From positions 352,001 to 416,000 of the forward strand of contig CAVXGR010000012.1 of the NCBI GenBank assembly GCA_963761335.1: a stretch of 64,000 nt of DNA, written 5' to 3'. The translations under genes were made by a program, and so were the position numbers. Positions within the stretch are counted from its first letter, which is position 1. The number at the start of each line of letters is the position of its first letter. The DNA is from an uncultured delta proteobacterium. GTDB taxonomy: Bacteria; Desulfobacterota; Binatia; HRBIN30; BPIQ01. Under the pieces are notes generated by a model. The model ran no database searches. It saw only the letters and a list, made by a program, of their open reading frames with translations, and was not told the origin of the DNA. Positions 1 to 10,544 of the stretch are shown piece after piece.

Positions 1-273
1 GACCCGTGGTGGAAGAACCGCCACCGGCACCGGCGCCTCCTGACTCCGGAGCTCGCCGCGGACCTGTGCCGCAGCCTGCGTCTCGGCGGCGAGATCCATC
101 TGGTCACCGACGTGGAGGAGACCTTCGCGCGCGGCGCTGATTCCCTGGCGCTCGTGGCGGGGCTTCAGCGCCTGGCGGAGGCACCGCCGCGGCCCGTCCG
201 CACCGCCTTCGAGCAGAAGGCGCTGCAACGCGGTAGCCGCCTCTATGCAGCATCCTTTCGGCGGATCGCTTGA
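1..273 (+). CDS. trmB: tRNA (guanine-N7)-methyltransferase, C-terminal part (runs off the window edge)
   Basis: Frame +1 reads DPWWKNRHRHRRLL...GGEIHLVTDV...TAFEQKA, stop TGA at 271-273; matches the TrmB PDPWxKxRHxxRR and TD motifs. Not in the ORF track. Confidence 0.8.
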   Translation, partial: DPWWKNRHRHRRLLTPELAADLCRSLRLGGEIHLVTDVEETFARGADSLALVAGLQRLAEAPPRPVRTAFEQKALQRGSRLYAASFRRIA

Positions 274-288
274 TTCGCCGCAGCCGAC

Positions 289-966
289 TCAGCGGCGGTC
301 GTGGTAGAGACGCCGAAGGCGCTCCGGAGACAGCCCGAAGAAATACAGAGCCCGCATGCTCCACATCAGGAGAATGGTGCGCACGACGCCATCGGCACGC
401 CACCGCCTCGACGAGGTGACCACTTGGAGCCGCAGGCAGGCAACCCGGCCGGCCCGCTTGAGCTTGCGAGAGAAGGCGATGTCTTCCATGAGCGGCATCT
501 CCGGGAAGCCGCCGAGCCGCTCGAACACCGGGCGGCGCACGAAGATCGCCTGATCGCCGGTAGAGATGCGGGACAGCCGCGAGCGATGGTTCATCAGCGC
601 CCCGGTGAGCCACAGAAGCCGGCTCGACGGCTCCAGGCGCACGTCGAAGCGGCCGCCGGCGACCCGCGGGTCGGCAAGCCGGGCTTCGATGGCGTCGGCG
701 AAGCCGTTGGGCAGCCGGGTATCGGCATGCAGAAAGAGCAACACGTCGCCCGCGGCCGCTCGCGCCCCGGCGTTCATCTGCACCGCCCGCCCCCGCCGCG
801 TCCGGATCACCTGATCGGCGAAAGCACGGGCGCGCTCGACGGTGCGGTCGCTGCTGCCGCCGTCGACGACGACGATCTCGCAATCGCCGGCCTCGCGCAC
901 GCGCCGCAGCGTCTCCTCGATCTGCCGCTCCTCATCGAGCGCCGGCACCACGATCGACAGCCGCAT
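289..966 (-). CDS. Family 2 glycosyltransferase (TIGR04283-like)
   Basis: SIVVPALDE, VDGGSSD, GRAVQMNAGA, LFLHADT, GDQAIFVRR, MED and TSSRRW motifs. Confidence 0.85.
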   Translation of the reverse strand: MRLSIVVPALDEERQIEETLRRVREAGDCEIVVVDGGSSDRTVERARAFADQVIRTRRGRAVQMNAGARAAAGDVLLFLHADTRLPNGFADAIEARLADPRVAGGRFDVRLEPSSRLLWLTGALMNHRSRLSRISTGDQAIFVRRPVFERLGGFPEMPLMEDIAFSRKLKRAGRVACLRLQVVTSSRRWRADGVVRTILLMWSMRALYFFGLSPERLRRLYHDRR

Positions 967-1058
967 GCCGGGCAGATACGACGATTCGGCGCACGCATCC
1001 AGCGGCGCGCATCGACGCTGGTTGAAATAGCCGGCGGCAATTCACTACAACCGCCGGC

Positions 1059-1874
1059 GTGACTATAGCGCCGCCTCAGCGGATCACGGTCAATGGCGTC
1101 TCTCTGCACTGCCGCCAGCAGGGAACGGGCAGCGACCTGGTGCTCACCCACGGTCTCGGAAACAGCATGGCGTACTGGGAGCCATACCTGCCGGCGCTGA
1201 CACGGCGACACCGGGTGCTGATCTGGGACGTCCGCGGCTTCGGCGACAGCGACAAGCCGCCGGGGCCCTACTCGGTGAGTGGCTTCGCCGCGGATCTCGC
1301 GGCGCTCGTCGGCGCCCTGGGTGTCCGCTCGGCCCACTTCGCCGGCATCTCCATGGGCGGCGTCATCACCCAGCGCCTGGCGCTCGATTTTCCGCACCTG
1401 CTGCGCTCGATGATCCTGGTCAGCACCTCCAGCCAGGTGAGCGAAGCGGCCGCCCAGGGGTGGGACAGACTCGCCGACCTGGTCGAGAAACGCGGCTTCA
1501 GCCCCAGCGCCGCAGCGGCGGCGCGCAGCTTCTCACCGGCCTTCGCCGAGGCGCATGCCGATGCCGTCGAGGAGGCGAGCCGCATCACCGCCGCCAACGA
1601 TCCGCGCGCCTACGGGGCCGCGGCACGCGCGGTGGCGCGCTATCACTGGACCGAGGAGCTGGCCGGGGTGCAGACCCCCACCCTCATCCTGCAGGGAGCC
1701 GATGATCAGCTCACCCCCCCGGGAGGCTCGGTGATCATGAGCCGCCGCCTGCCGCGCTCCTGCCTGCTCATCGTCCCGGCGGCCGGGCACAACCTGCCGA
1801 TCGAGCAGCCGATCGTCTTCGAGAGCGCGATCTCGGCCTTCACTGCGCCGCTGGACTGGGGCGCCGACGGCTGA
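1059..1874 (+). CDS. Alpha/beta hydrolase (3-oxoadipate enol-lactonase-like)
   Basis: HGLG, DVRGFGDS, nucleophile elbow GISMGG, GADD, AGH. Confidence 0.8.
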   Translation: MTIAPPQRITVNGVSLHCRQQGTGSDLVLTHGLGNSMAYWEPYLPALTRRHRVLIWDVRGFGDSDKPPGPYSVSGFAADLAALVGALGVRSAHFAGISMGGVITQRLALDFPHLLRSMILVSTSSQVSEAAAQGWDRLADLVEKRGFSPSAAAAARSFSPAFAEAHADAVEEASRITAANDPRAYGAAARAVARYHWTEELAGVQTPTLILQGADDQLTPPGGSVIMSRRLPRSCLLIVPAAGHNLPIEQPIVFESAISAFTAPLDWGADG

Positions 1875-1989
1875 AGGGTCCGATAACCAAACCCGTTATT
1901 GCCCCTGGCCACCATGTCTGGTAAAAAGGGCGGACAATTTTCGAGTGGCCCGAGGCGCCGGGTGAGGCGGCTGCGGGACACGGTGGAGG

Positions 1990-2655
1990 ATGATGCACAA
2001 CAAGCGTCTGGTCCCGGCATTCGCTCTGTCTCTGGCTGTTCTGCTGGTGAGCTCAGTTGCCGCCCGGGCACAATCTTCAGCCGAAGCCTCGCAGATTGAC
2101 CCCGATCGAGGCCGGGAGCTCACCAATCGCGCCCTCGACTTCCTGCACAAGGGAGAGGACGCAACCTCCCCGGAAGAGAAGCTCGCCGCCTACAGCGAAG
2201 GAGAGAAGCTCGCACGCCAGGCCGTCGAGCTCGATCCGATGTCCGCGGATGCCCATTTCGCCCTGTTCGCCAACAACGGACGGCGCCTGCTCAACGAAGG
2301 GGTCGGCGCCAATCCCATTCGCCTGCTCCAGGTCAACCGCGAGCTGGATCGCTGCCTCGAGCTCAACCCCAACCACACCGATGCGCTGGCGGCGCGCGGT
2401 GGCATGTACCGGCAGCTGCCGCGGCTGCTCGGCGGCAGCCTGATCAAGGCGGAGGAGTACCTCAGCCGCGCCGTGTCCCTGGATCCCCAGGCGGTCGGGG
2501 CGCGGATCGAGCTGGCGCGCACCTACTGCGACATGGGCGAGCCCGAACGCGCCACCCCTCTGCTCAAGACTGCCGCATACTGGGCAGACCGCCTCGGCAA
2601 GAAGCGCGAGCTCGACGAGGCACGCGCCCTGATAGCCGACCTCGCGAAGAAGTAA
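1990..2655 (+). CDS. Exported tetratricopeptide-repeat protein
   Basis: Signal peptide ending AARA; TPR-like helices (AVELDP, CLELNP, AVSLDP); LPRLLGGS motif. Confidence 0.7.
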   Translation: MMHNKRLVPAFALSLAVLLVSSVAARAQSSAEASQIDPDRGRELTNRALDFLHKGEDATSPEEKLAAYSEGEKLARQAVELDPMSADAHFALFANNGRRLLNEGVGANPIRLLQVNRELDRCLELNPNHTDALAARGGMYRQLPRLLGGSLIKAEEYLSRAVSLDPQAVGARIELARTYCDMGEPERATPLLKTAAYWADRLGKKRELDEARALIADLAKK

Positions 2656-2891
2656 CTCGGGGCTCCGGTTTGAGAGGCCGTCTGAAGGCCCAGTCAAACC
2701 ACTCACCCGCCCATGGCGCGAAGTAGAAGCGGCGTCTCGCCGTTTCGGAAGGCGCCGGGACGGCGCTTCTACCTTGGGGAGACAGCCTCTGCCGGGGCGT
2801 CGGAGGAACACTTCCCCTTCCCCGGCTGCGGCGTTTGAGGTAGCAGCAGGCTGCCTGTATCAGGGAGGCCACCAGCGAAGAGGAGCCCTGC

Positions 2892-3353
2892 GTGAAGCGA
2901 CGTAATCAGATCGCCCTGACGTCCGAGGAAGAGGCGCAGTATCTGGCCGAGTCGAAGACGATCATTCTCTGTACCAACGACCGCCATGGCTACCCACACG
3001 CCGTGGCGATGTGGTTCTACGCCGAGGACGGCGCCATCCTCATGACCACCTATGCAAAGTCGCAGAAGATCCTCAACCTTCGCCGCGACCCCAAGGTGAC
3101 GCTGCTGGTGGAATCGGGCGAGACGTACGACACGCTCAAGGGTGTGATGATTCGCGGCAAGGCGGAGCTCATCGACGATCTCGACCAGTGTGTCGCCCTT
3201 CTGGTGAAGATTCACCAGAAGATGGGCGGGGCGCTGCAACCGGGCCTCGATGAGATCATGCGCGCGAACGCGCGCAAGCGCATTCTCCTCAAGATCACTC
3301 CAATACATACCAGCAGCTGGGATCACGCCAAGCTCGGTACCGGCGTGTACTGA
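2892..3353 (+). CDS. Pyridoxamine 5'-phosphate oxidase-like (PPOX class, possibly F420-dependent) protein
   Basis: GYPHAVAMWF, KSQKILNLRRDPKVTLLVESG, LKGVMIRG, SWDHAKL; GAGGAG RBS. Confidence 0.85.
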   Translation: MKRRNQIALTSEEEAQYLAESKTIILCTNDRHGYPHAVAMWFYAEDGAILMTTYAKSQKILNLRRDPKVTLLVESGETYDTLKGVMIRGKAELIDDLDQCVALLVKIHQKMGGALQPGLDEIMRANARKRILLKITPIHTSSWDHAKLGTGVY

Positions 3354-3376
3354 GGCCTCTTCTCCAACGCGCACAC

Positions 3377-4747
3377 GTGGAGCCGCTTCATCCCCCGGTG
3401 ATCGTCGTCGACGACGCGGACGAAGTGCGTCGCCTGCGGCGCACTCTGCTCAGCTTTCGCGACTTCGTGGAGAGCTGCCTCTTTCACCCGCGCTGGGGAT
3501 ACTACGCCAGTGGCGCCGTCCGTTTTGGTGATGGCGGTCACTACGATACCTATCCCATCGCTCTGTCGCCCTACTTTGGGCGCATGCTCGCCTCCATCGC
3601 TTTTCGCCGCTGGCGCCAGTGGGCGCGGCCGGCGCCCTTCGAGATCTGCGAGATCGGCGCCGGGAACGGCCAGCTCTGCCTCGACACTCTCGTCGCCGTC
3701 GAGATCGGCGCCCGCCGCGGCGGCGCCTGGAGCCGCTTCGCGCAGGCCCTGCGCTACCGCATCGTCGAGAAGAGCGCCGCCCTGCGGCGCCGTCAGGCGG
3801 GACTTCTCGGGCCGCTCGCCGAGCGCGTGGAATGGGAAGACGCCGACCTGGCGCGGGCGCCCGCACCCGTCCCGCCCCGCCGGCACGGGCTGGTGATCGC
3901 CAACGAGGTTCTCGACTGCCTGGCGCACCACAAGGTGATCTTCGACGGGCGCGGCGCCGCGCGCGTCGCCTGCGTCGGCGCCTTCCGCAACGGCGGCGGT
4001 GCAGCCCTGAACGGCAGAACGCTGCTGTCGCGCCGCGAGCTGTTCGCGGCGCTCGAGAGACGAGCGCCGCCGGCGGGAATCGCCGAGTTTCACTTGCCGA
4101 TCGACGCCTTCCCGGATCTCCGCGCCTTCCTCGACCGGCACGGTATCGCCGGTCGCCAATGGACCTACTTCGCCTGTCCGGAGATGGAGACGCTTCTCGA
4201 GAATCTGGCGGCGCTGTACCGCTGCGCCGACATCCTTCTCGTCGACTACGGCGGCGATCGCTCCTACCACCGGCGCGCCGCCGTCGGACAACGCCTGCGT
4301 GCCGGGAGGCCGGAGGAAGGCGCCAGCGCGTACCGGGCTCCCGGGCTCGACGACGTCACCTTCCTGGTCGATTTCTCGGTGGCGATGAACGCCGCCCGCG
4401 CCTGCGGTCTCCAGATCGCTTTCTACGGTGGCCAAGGCCAGCTCGCCTCGATGGCCGCCGTGCGCCTCGACGACCGCGCCGTCGACCTGATGATTCAGCA
4501 GCGTGCCCTCGGCTGGCTGCTGGCGGCGGCGGGCGTTGGCCCCGAGCAGGAGCAGCGCCGCAGCGCCATCAGCTGGACGAAGCCGCCGGGGCGGCGCCGC
4601 CCGCGGACTCTGCGGCAGGAGACGGAGATCGCCGTCGAGGAGTTCTGCGGTCGCCGGCGCAGCTTGTTCAAGCTGCTGGCGCTGCGGCGGCGCGGGCCTT
4701 CTACATCCGGAAGACGCCGACGCGCGGCTCGGGAATCGGAGCGTTGA
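3377..4747 (+). CDS. SAM-dependent methyltransferase, MidA/NDUFAF7 family
   Basis: F(V)E-x-CLFHP-x-[30 protein letters not shown]. Confidence 0.8.
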   Translation: MEPLHPPVIVVDDADEVRRLRRTLLSFRDFVESCLFHPRWGYYASGAVRFGDGGHYDTYPIALSPYFGRMLASIAFRRWRQWARPAPFEICEIGAGNGQLCLDTLVAVEIGARRGGAWSRFAQALRYRIVEKSAALRRRQAGLLGPLAERVEWEDADLARAPAPVPPRRHGLVIANEVLDCLAHHKVIFDGRGAARVACVGAFRNGGGAALNGRTLLSRRELFAALERRAPPAGIAEFHLPIDAFPDLRAFLDRHGIAGRQWTYFACPEMETLLENLAALYRCADILLVDYGGDRSYHRRAAVGQRLRAGRPEEGASAYRAPGLDDVTFLVDFSVAMNAARACGLQIAFYGGQGQLASMAAVRLDDRAVDLMIQQRALGWLLAAAGVGPEQEQRRSAISWTKPPGRRRPRTLRQETEIAVEEFCGRRRSLFKLLALRRRGPSTSGRRRRAARESER

Positions 4748-6308
4748 TCGACATCGAGATGCCGAGGGCGAGGACGTCGCGGGTGTCGAGCGGGTCGAGA
4801 ATGCCATCATCCCAGAGGCGCGCGGTCGAGTAGTACGGGCTGCCCTCCTGCTCGTAGATGGCGAGCACCGGCGCCATCAGTCCCTCCTGTTCCTCGGGTG
4901 TCATGTCACCGCCCCGGCTGCGCACCTGGTCGAGCTTCACCGTCAACAGCGTCCGCGCCGCCTGCTCGCCGCCCATCACCGAGATGCGCGAGTTCGGCCA
5001 GCTGAACAGCAGTCGCGGACCGTAGGCGCGCCCGCACATGCTGTAGTTGCCGGCGCCGTGCGAGGCGCCGATCATCACCGTCAGCTTGGGAACCTGGGCG
5101 TTGGCCACGGCGTGCACCATCTTGGCGCCGTCCTTGGTGATGCCGCCGTGCTCGTACTGCTTGCCGACGATGAAGCCGGTGATGTTCTGCAGGAACACCA
5201 GCGGGATGCGACGCTGGCAACAGATCTCGACGAAGTGCGCGCCCTTGAGGCTCGACTCCGAAAAGAGCACGCCGTTGTTGGCGATGATGCCCACGGGATA
5301 GCCGTGGATGCGGGCAAAGCCAGTCACCAGCGAGGTGCCGTAGAGCGCCTTGAACTCGTGGAAGCGGCTGCCGTCGACCAGGCGCGCGATCACCTCGCGC
5401 ACGTCATACGGCCGGCGGCTCTCGCTCGGAATGATGCCGTAGAGCTCGTGCGGGTCGTAGGCCGGATCCTCCGGGGCACTGACGTCGAGCCGAAACTTCT
5501 CCGTGCGCGGCAGGTTCTCCACGACCTCGCGAGCCAGAGCCAGGGCGTGCTCGTCGTTGGCGGCCAGGTGGTCGCAGACGCCGGAAATGCGCGTGTGCAC
5601 TTCGCCGCCGCCGAGCTCCTCGGCGCTCACCACCTCCCCGGTCGCCGCCTTGACCAGCGGCGGCCCGCCGAGAAAGACCGTGCCCTGGCCGCGCACGATG
5701 ATGTTCTCGTCGCACATCGCCGGGACATAGGCACCGCCGGCGGTGCTCGATCCCATGACCACGGCAACCTGCGGCAGGCCCATGGCCGACATCACCGCCT
5801 GGTTGTAGAAGACCCGGCCGCCGTGCTGCTCGTCGGCGAAGATCTCCGCCTGCAGCGGCAGATACGCTCCGCCGGAGTCCACCAGATAGACGCACGGCAG
5901 GCGGTTTTCCATGGCGATCTTCTGGGCGCGCAGATGCTTCTTCACGGTCATCGGGTACATGGTGCCGCCCTTGACGGTGGCGTCGTTGGCGATCACCAGG
6001 ACCTCGCGCCCGTGCACCACACCGATCCCGGTCACCGTACCCGCACACGGCGCCTCGTCGCCGTACATGTCGAACGCCGCCAGCGGCGACAGCTCGAGAA
6101 AGGGCGCGTCCGGGTCGAGGAGTGTCTCGACGCGATCGCGCACCAGCATCTTGCCGCGCTCCACGTGCCGGCGCTTCGACGCCTCCGGCCCCATGGAACG
6201 CGCCCACGCCAGCCGCTCGCGCAGCTCGCGCACGCGCGACGCCATCAGCTCGGCGTTCCCCTTGAACTCGGCGCTGTTGGGGCGGATCTTCGTCTCGATG
6301 CGGCGCAT
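4701..6308 (-). CDS. Methylcrotonyl-/geranyl-CoA carboxylase carboxyltransferase (beta) subunit
   Basis: [58 protein letters not shown] terminus. Confidence 0.92.
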   Translation of the reverse strand: MRRIETKIRPNSAEFKGNAELMASRVRELRERLAWARSMGPEASKRRHVERGKMLVRDRVETLLDPDAPFLELSPLAAFDMYGDEAPCAGTVTGIGVVHGREVLVIANDATVKGGTMYPMTVKKHLRAQKIAMENRLPCVYLVDSGGAYLPLQAEIFADEQHGGRVFYNQAVMSAMGLPQVAVVMGSSTAGGAYVPAMCDENIIVRGQGTVFLGGPPLVKAATGEVVSAEELGGGEVHTRISGVCDHLAANDEHALALAREVVENLPRTEKFRLDVSAPEDPAYDPHELYGIIPSESRRPYDVREVIARLVDGSRFHEFKALYGTSLVTGFARIHGYPVGIIANNGVLFSESSLKGAHFVEICCQRRIPLVFLQNITGFIVGKQYEHGGITKDGAKMVHAVANAQVPKLTVMIGASHGAGNYSMCGRAYGPRLLFSWPNSRISVMGGEQAARTLLTVKLDQVRSRGGDMTPEEQEGLMAPVLAIYEQEGSPYYSTARLWDDGILDPLDTRDVLALGISMSINAPIPEPRVGVFRM

Positions 6309-6324
6309 CAGGCGCTCCGTCGCC

Positions 6325-7095
6325 CTAGCGCGCCCAGCGCGGGGGACGCTTCTCCAGGAAGGCGTTCATCCCCTCCTGCCCCTCGTCGCTGATGCGCGCC
6401 CGAGCGATGAACGCGGCGGTGCGCTCCTGCGTGGCAGCGGGATCCCCGAGATCGATGGACTCGAGAAGCTGCTTGATCGTGCCGCTGGCTTCGGGGGCGC
6501 AGGCGTGCAGCTGCTGCAAGAGCGCCTCGATTTCGCCGTCGAGCGTTTCCGCGGCCACCGCCGCATCGATCAGGCCGATGGCCTGGGCGCGCGCCGCATC
6601 GAATGTCTCCCCGGTCAGGAACAGCCGTCGCGCCCGGCCCTCGCCGATCTTGCGAACCACGTACGGCGAGATCATCGCCGGCACGACGCCGAGGCGCACC
6701 TCGGTGAAGGCGAAGTGCGCGCTGCTCGCGGCAATGGCGAAGTCGCAGGCGGCGATGATGCCGACGCCGCCGCCGCGCGCCGGGCCGTTGACCCGGGCGA
6801 TGATCGGGCGCGGAAAGTCGTAGCAGGCGGCAAAGAGTTGCGCCGATTCGCGCGCGTCGCGAAGGTTGTCCTCGTACGAGGCCCCCTTCATCGATTTCAT
6901 CCAGGCGAGATCGGCACCGGCCGAGAAGACCTTGCCGGCTCCGCTGATGATCAGAGCCCTTAGGCTCGGGTCGCCGGCGAGCTCCTTCATCGCCGTCAGC
7001 ATGCGCTCCATCAGCTCGCCGTTGAGGGCGTTGCCGATCTCGGGGCGATTCAGGGTCAATCGCGCAATGTCTCCGCTTCGCTCGATGTCCAGCAT
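6325..7095 (-). CDS. Enoyl-CoA hydratase/isomerase (methylglutaconyl-CoA hydratase-like); alternative start at 7134
   Basis: [43 protein letters not shown]. Confidence 0.88.
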   Translation of the reverse strand: MLDIERSGDIARLTLNRPEIGNALNGELMERMLTAMKELAGDPSLRALIISGAGKVFSAGADLAWMKSMKGASYEDNLRDARESAQLFAACYDFPRPIIARVNGPARGGGVGIIAACDFAIAASSAHFAFTEVRLGVVPAMISPYVVRKIGEGRARRLFLTGETFDAARAQAIGLIDAAVAAETLDGEIEALLQQLHACAPEASGTIKQLLESIDLGDPAATQERTAAFIARARISDEGQEGMNAFLEKRPPRWAR

Positions 7096-7134
7096 CGTGT
7101 CCACTCTCTTGTCGGCGCAGGCGCGCCTCGGCAT

Positions 7135-8943
7135 CTATCGCTTGGTCGGCCGCTCCGGCAGACCGGCGAGCAGCGCCTCCGGCACCTCCAGCTCCATGAG
7201 CAGGAGGCCTTGGGCGAGGGTCTTTCCCTGGTGGTCGACGCGCAGGGACAGGGTTCCCCCGCCCCCGAGCGCATTGTGAAGCATGAAGTTGAAGGCCAGC
7301 AGGTTGGGGAGCTCGTAGCGCACCACGCTGCCGCGGACCAGGTCGGCGTAGTGTCGCTTCACTCTTTCCTCGGTGAACTCGGCACGCAGGAACTGATAGA
7401 TCGCCGCGGAGCGCGCCGCGACGCCGATGTTGGCGTGATCGCCCTTGTCGCCCGAGCGCGCATAGGCGACCGCATGCAGGGGCAAGCGCCGCTTGGGCCC
7501 GGCCGGTACCGCGGCGGCGAGCCCGGCGCCTGCGGTCGCCGCCTGGCCGCCATCGCCGCGGAGATCGCCCAGAGACATCGGGCAGGCGCCTTTCCACACC
7601 TCGTCGCCGCGGCGCACCTCGACGGTGGCGGAAACCGCCCGGCGCGGCACCAGCGCCGGCCAGAAGCCGAACGCGGTCTGCACATCGGGACGGCCGCCGA
7701 AGACTCCGAAGCCGGGAGGCGCCTGTAGGCCGAAGCCGAGGATATTGCTGGCGAAGCGTTGCAGCTTCTTGCGATCCGCATCGCGCACCGCCAGACGGAA
7801 GATGATCTCGTTGGGCTCCACCGCTGGCGCCGCCTCTCCCCAGCAGGCGTTCGCCCCGATGAAATCGGTGCGCCGATCGGCAAAGTCGCTTCCCAGCCGG
7901 TGCCAGATCATCTCGGAAAAGCGCCTGGCCTTGGCGAGGACGTTGGGGCCCGACAGCAAGGCGGTGCCCACGGCCTTGAAGCCGTCGGAGTAGACGATCG
8001 AGGCCTTCAGCGCCTCGGGCGCGCGCCGACCGCGGCAGCAGCGCACGCGCACGCGATCGGCGCCGTCGTCGCTGAGCTCGACCGAGGTGAAGTCGACGGC
8101 GACGTCCGGCGTCAGATAGGCACGCGGGTCGCCGATCTCGTAGAGCAGCTGCTCGGTGACCGTCTTGCGATTCACCACGCCTCCGGTGCCGGGATGCTTG
8201 GTGACCACGAACTCCCCATCGGCGGAGGCCTCGACGATGGGATACCCCATGTCGAGCATCGACGGCGTCTCCTCCCAGTCGGTGAAGTTGCCGCCGGTCG
8301 CCTGGGCGCCGCACTCGAGGATGTGCCCGGCGACCGTCCCGGCGGCCAGGCGATCCCAGTCGCTCCACCCCCAGCCAAACTCATGAACCAGCGGCGCCAG
8401 GATCAGAGCGGCGTCGGTGGTGCGCCCGGTCACGATGATGCGGGCGCCCTGCTTCAGGGCGTCGACTACCGGCCGCGCCCCCAGATAGGCGTTGGCCGCC
8501 ACGACCCGACCGCGGATGGTTTCGTAGGGCCGCCGATCGTCAAGATTCGCCAGGTCCGCGCCGGCGGCTTCGATCTCGTCGAGGCGGCCGAGGATATCGT
8601 CGCCGGCAACCACGCCGATCGGGAGATCGACGCCCTGCGAACGGCAGAGCTCGCCGACGGCGTCGGCGCAGGCCTGCGGATTGATCCCGCCGGCGTTGAC
8701 GATCACCGTGACACCCTTGCTGGCGATCGCCCCGAGGACGCCGCGCAGCTGCGCCACGAAATCAGCGGCGAAGCCCGCCTGCGGGTTCTGGGCGCGCTGG
8801 CGCTGCAGGATCACCATGGTGATCTCGGCGAGAAAGTCCATGGTGACATAGTCGATGTCCCCACCGAGCACCTGGCGCTGCAGAGCCTCAGGATCGTCTC
8901 CCCAGTAGCCACCGGCGTTGGCGATGCGCACTCGATCTCTCAT
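7135..8943 (-). CDS. atuA: Acyclic terpene utilization AtuA family protein (DUF1446)
   Basis: RIANAGGYWGD, DFLAEITM, ANAYLG, GHILECGAQATGGNF, EQLLYEI, ARSGDKG, LGGGG..SLRVD.QGK. Confidence 0.9.
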   Translation of the reverse strand: MRDRVRIANAGGYWGDDPEALQRQVLGGDIDYVTMDFLAEITMVILQRQRAQNPQAGFAADFVAQLRGVLGAIASKGVTVIVNAGGINPQACADAVGELCRSQGVDLPIGVVAGDDILGRLDEIEAAGADLANLDDRRPYETIRGRVVAANAYLGARPVVDALKQGARIIVTGRTTDAALILAPLVHEFGWGWSDWDRLAAGTVAGHILECGAQATGGNFTDWEETPSMLDMGYPIVEASADGEFVVTKHPGTGGVVNRKTVTEQLLYEIGDPRAYLTPDVAVDFTSVELSDDGADRVRVRCCRGRRAPEALKASIVYSDGFKAVGTALLSGPNVLAKARRFSEMIWHRLGSDFADRRTDFIGANACWGEAAPAVEPNEIIFRLAVRDADRKKLQRFASNILGFGLQAPPGFGVFGGRPDVQTAFGFWPALVPRRAVSATVEVRRGDEVWKGACPMSLGDLRGDGGQAATAGAGLAAAVPAGPKRRLPLHAVAYARSGDKGDHANIGVAARSAAIYQFLRAEFTEERVKRHYADLVRGSVVRYELPNLLAFNFMLHNALGGGGTLSLRVDHQGKTLAQGLLLMELEVPEALLAGLPERPTKR

Positions 8944-9070
8944 AGGTCTCACTCGCGGCAGCCGCCGACGATAGAACAACCCGGCCGGCGGGACAAACCC
9001 CATCCCTTCCCGGGTGGTCTCCTAAATTGCCGATCTGACCTTCCTGTTGTGCCTCCCCGGCTCGGGGAAA

Positions 9071-9202
9071 GGTCTCCTCTCCCCGCATTCTTTTCCGCGG
9101 GGAGAGGATCAAGGTGAGGGGCCCCTTTCTCACTGAAAGTCTATGATTTCTGCGACGCTCACCCTGACCCTCTCCCGCGAGAAGGTGCGGGAGAGGGAAC
9201 CC
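9071..9202. repeat. REP/MITE-like palindromic element, family C copy 1
   Basis: Hairpins cctctccccgc..gcggggagagg and ccctctcccgc..gcgggagaggg; closely similar copy at 24853-24983. Confidence 0.8.
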
Positions 9203-9426
9203 GCACTCGCACCGTCGTGAAGACAACCACAGTCGTTGTCAATGGGACATGTTCCCCGACTCAGGACCGTACTCTTGCCCGATGCTCCCCTAAAACAAGT
9301 ACCCCCTGCCCGATGTTGAGCCGAAGCCGGTCCCGCCCTTCAAAATTCACCTTGAAGCCCCACCGGGCCCTTTGCTACGAAGGAACCGCGGCAGGGTTGC
9401 GCACAGGGACAGGAGGGTATCTGCAC

Positions 9427-9876
9427 ATGAAGGGCACCAACCTGCAGGGCATCAAGATCCCGACGATGCTGCTCGTCGAGGACAATGAGGACGATGCCGA
9501 GCTCACGCGGCGGGCTCTCTCACGGGCGCGCATCGGCAACAAGCTGTTGGTCGTCAACGACGGCGAGGAGGCGCTCGAGCTGCTGTACCGCCAGGCAATG
9601 GAGGAGGGCAGCGAGGTCGGCTTGATCCTGCTCGACCTCGGCCTGCCGAAGGTGGATGGGCGAGAGGTCCTGCGGCGTGTGTGGAGCGATCGCCGCTTGC
9701 GCGACATCCCGGTGATCGTGCTCACCGGCTCAGCGAGCGAGGAGGACATGTTGAAGAGCTACAAGTCCGGCGCCGTGGCCTTTCTCCGCAAGCCCGTGGA
9801 CGTCGACCGCCTTCTGCACGCCATCGGCGACCTGCACGAGTACCGCCTCCTGATCGCCCGCGTCGAGGGCTGCTGA
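9427..9876 (+). CDS. Single-domain response regulator (Rcp1/CheY-like)
   Basis: LLVEDNEDD, ILLDLGLPKVDG, IPVIVLT, KP; GGAGG RBS. Confidence 0.88.
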   Translation: MKGTNLQGIKIPTMLLVEDNEDDAELTRRALSRARIGNKLLVVNDGEEALELLYRQAMEEGSEVGLILLDLGLPKVDGREVLRRVWSDRRLRDIPVIVLTGSASEEDMLKSYKSGAVAFLRKPVDVDRLLHAIGDLHEYRLLIARVEGC

Positions 9877-9907
9877 GGCCGGCGCCGGCCGCCGGCGGAA
9901 CAGTTTC

Positions 9908-10486
9908 CTAGCGAACCGCGGAGCACGCCGGCGCCGCGGCATAGGTGGCGATCTCCGCGTCCACCTGCGGGCCTTGGTCGGGACGACCCTGCAGCAGCCA
10001 GCTGCGGTACATGCCGCGGCCGACGTCGCTGAGAGGCACGGCGAGGTGGGCGGCGTCGAAGCCCCGGATGTCGCCGGTGGCCTTGGCCGACACCCACACG
10101 TCTCCCTGGAGCACCGGCTCCGCTTGACCGGCGGCGAGCACGCACTCGACACCGCGGCTGTCGGAGCCGGCGCGCAGGCCACTGCGCCCGACCAGCGTGA
10201 AATCGCCGAGACGGACGAAAAGCTTGTCGGCAAGCTGATTGCTGGCCGTGACCCGGTAGCGGTAGCGCACCTCGGGCTCCGCCAGCCGCACGCCCTCGGC
10301 AAAGGACCGCTGCTCGTCGCTGCGGCTCCAGGTCGCGGTGACCCGGCCGACGACGGCCTCGTTGTCGAAGGGCGCCGTGAGCGGGATACCCGGCTCGCCG
10401 CGCTTGCATCCACACAGGAGCCCGAGGAGCAGGCACATGGCGATGGCGCCGCCGCGCAGGCGGCTCTCGTCCTCACGGATCATCAT
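9908..10486 (-). CDS. Hypothetical lipoprotein
   Basis: Hydrophobic stretch then LCGC lipobox-like motif; beta-rich body; start uncertain. Confidence 0.55.
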   Translation of the reverse strand: MMIREDESRLRGGAIAMCLLLGLLCGCKRGEPGIPLTAPFDNEAVVGRVTATWSRSDEQRSFAEGVRLAEPEVRYRYRVTASNQLADKLFVRLGDFTLVGRSGLRAGSDSRGVECVLAAGQAEPVLQGDVWVSAKATGDIRGFDAAHLAVPLSDVGRGMYRSWLLQGRPDQGPQVDAEIATYAAAPACSAVR

Positions 10487-10544
10487 CTTCTTCCGGCACG
10501 GGTGGGCGTTGCCAACTCGTGTCTCGCCTCCTATAGTCCCACGC

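Noticed and set aside
4503..6392. 629-aa plus-strand ORF
   Set aside because: Antisense shadow of the carboxyltransferase gene
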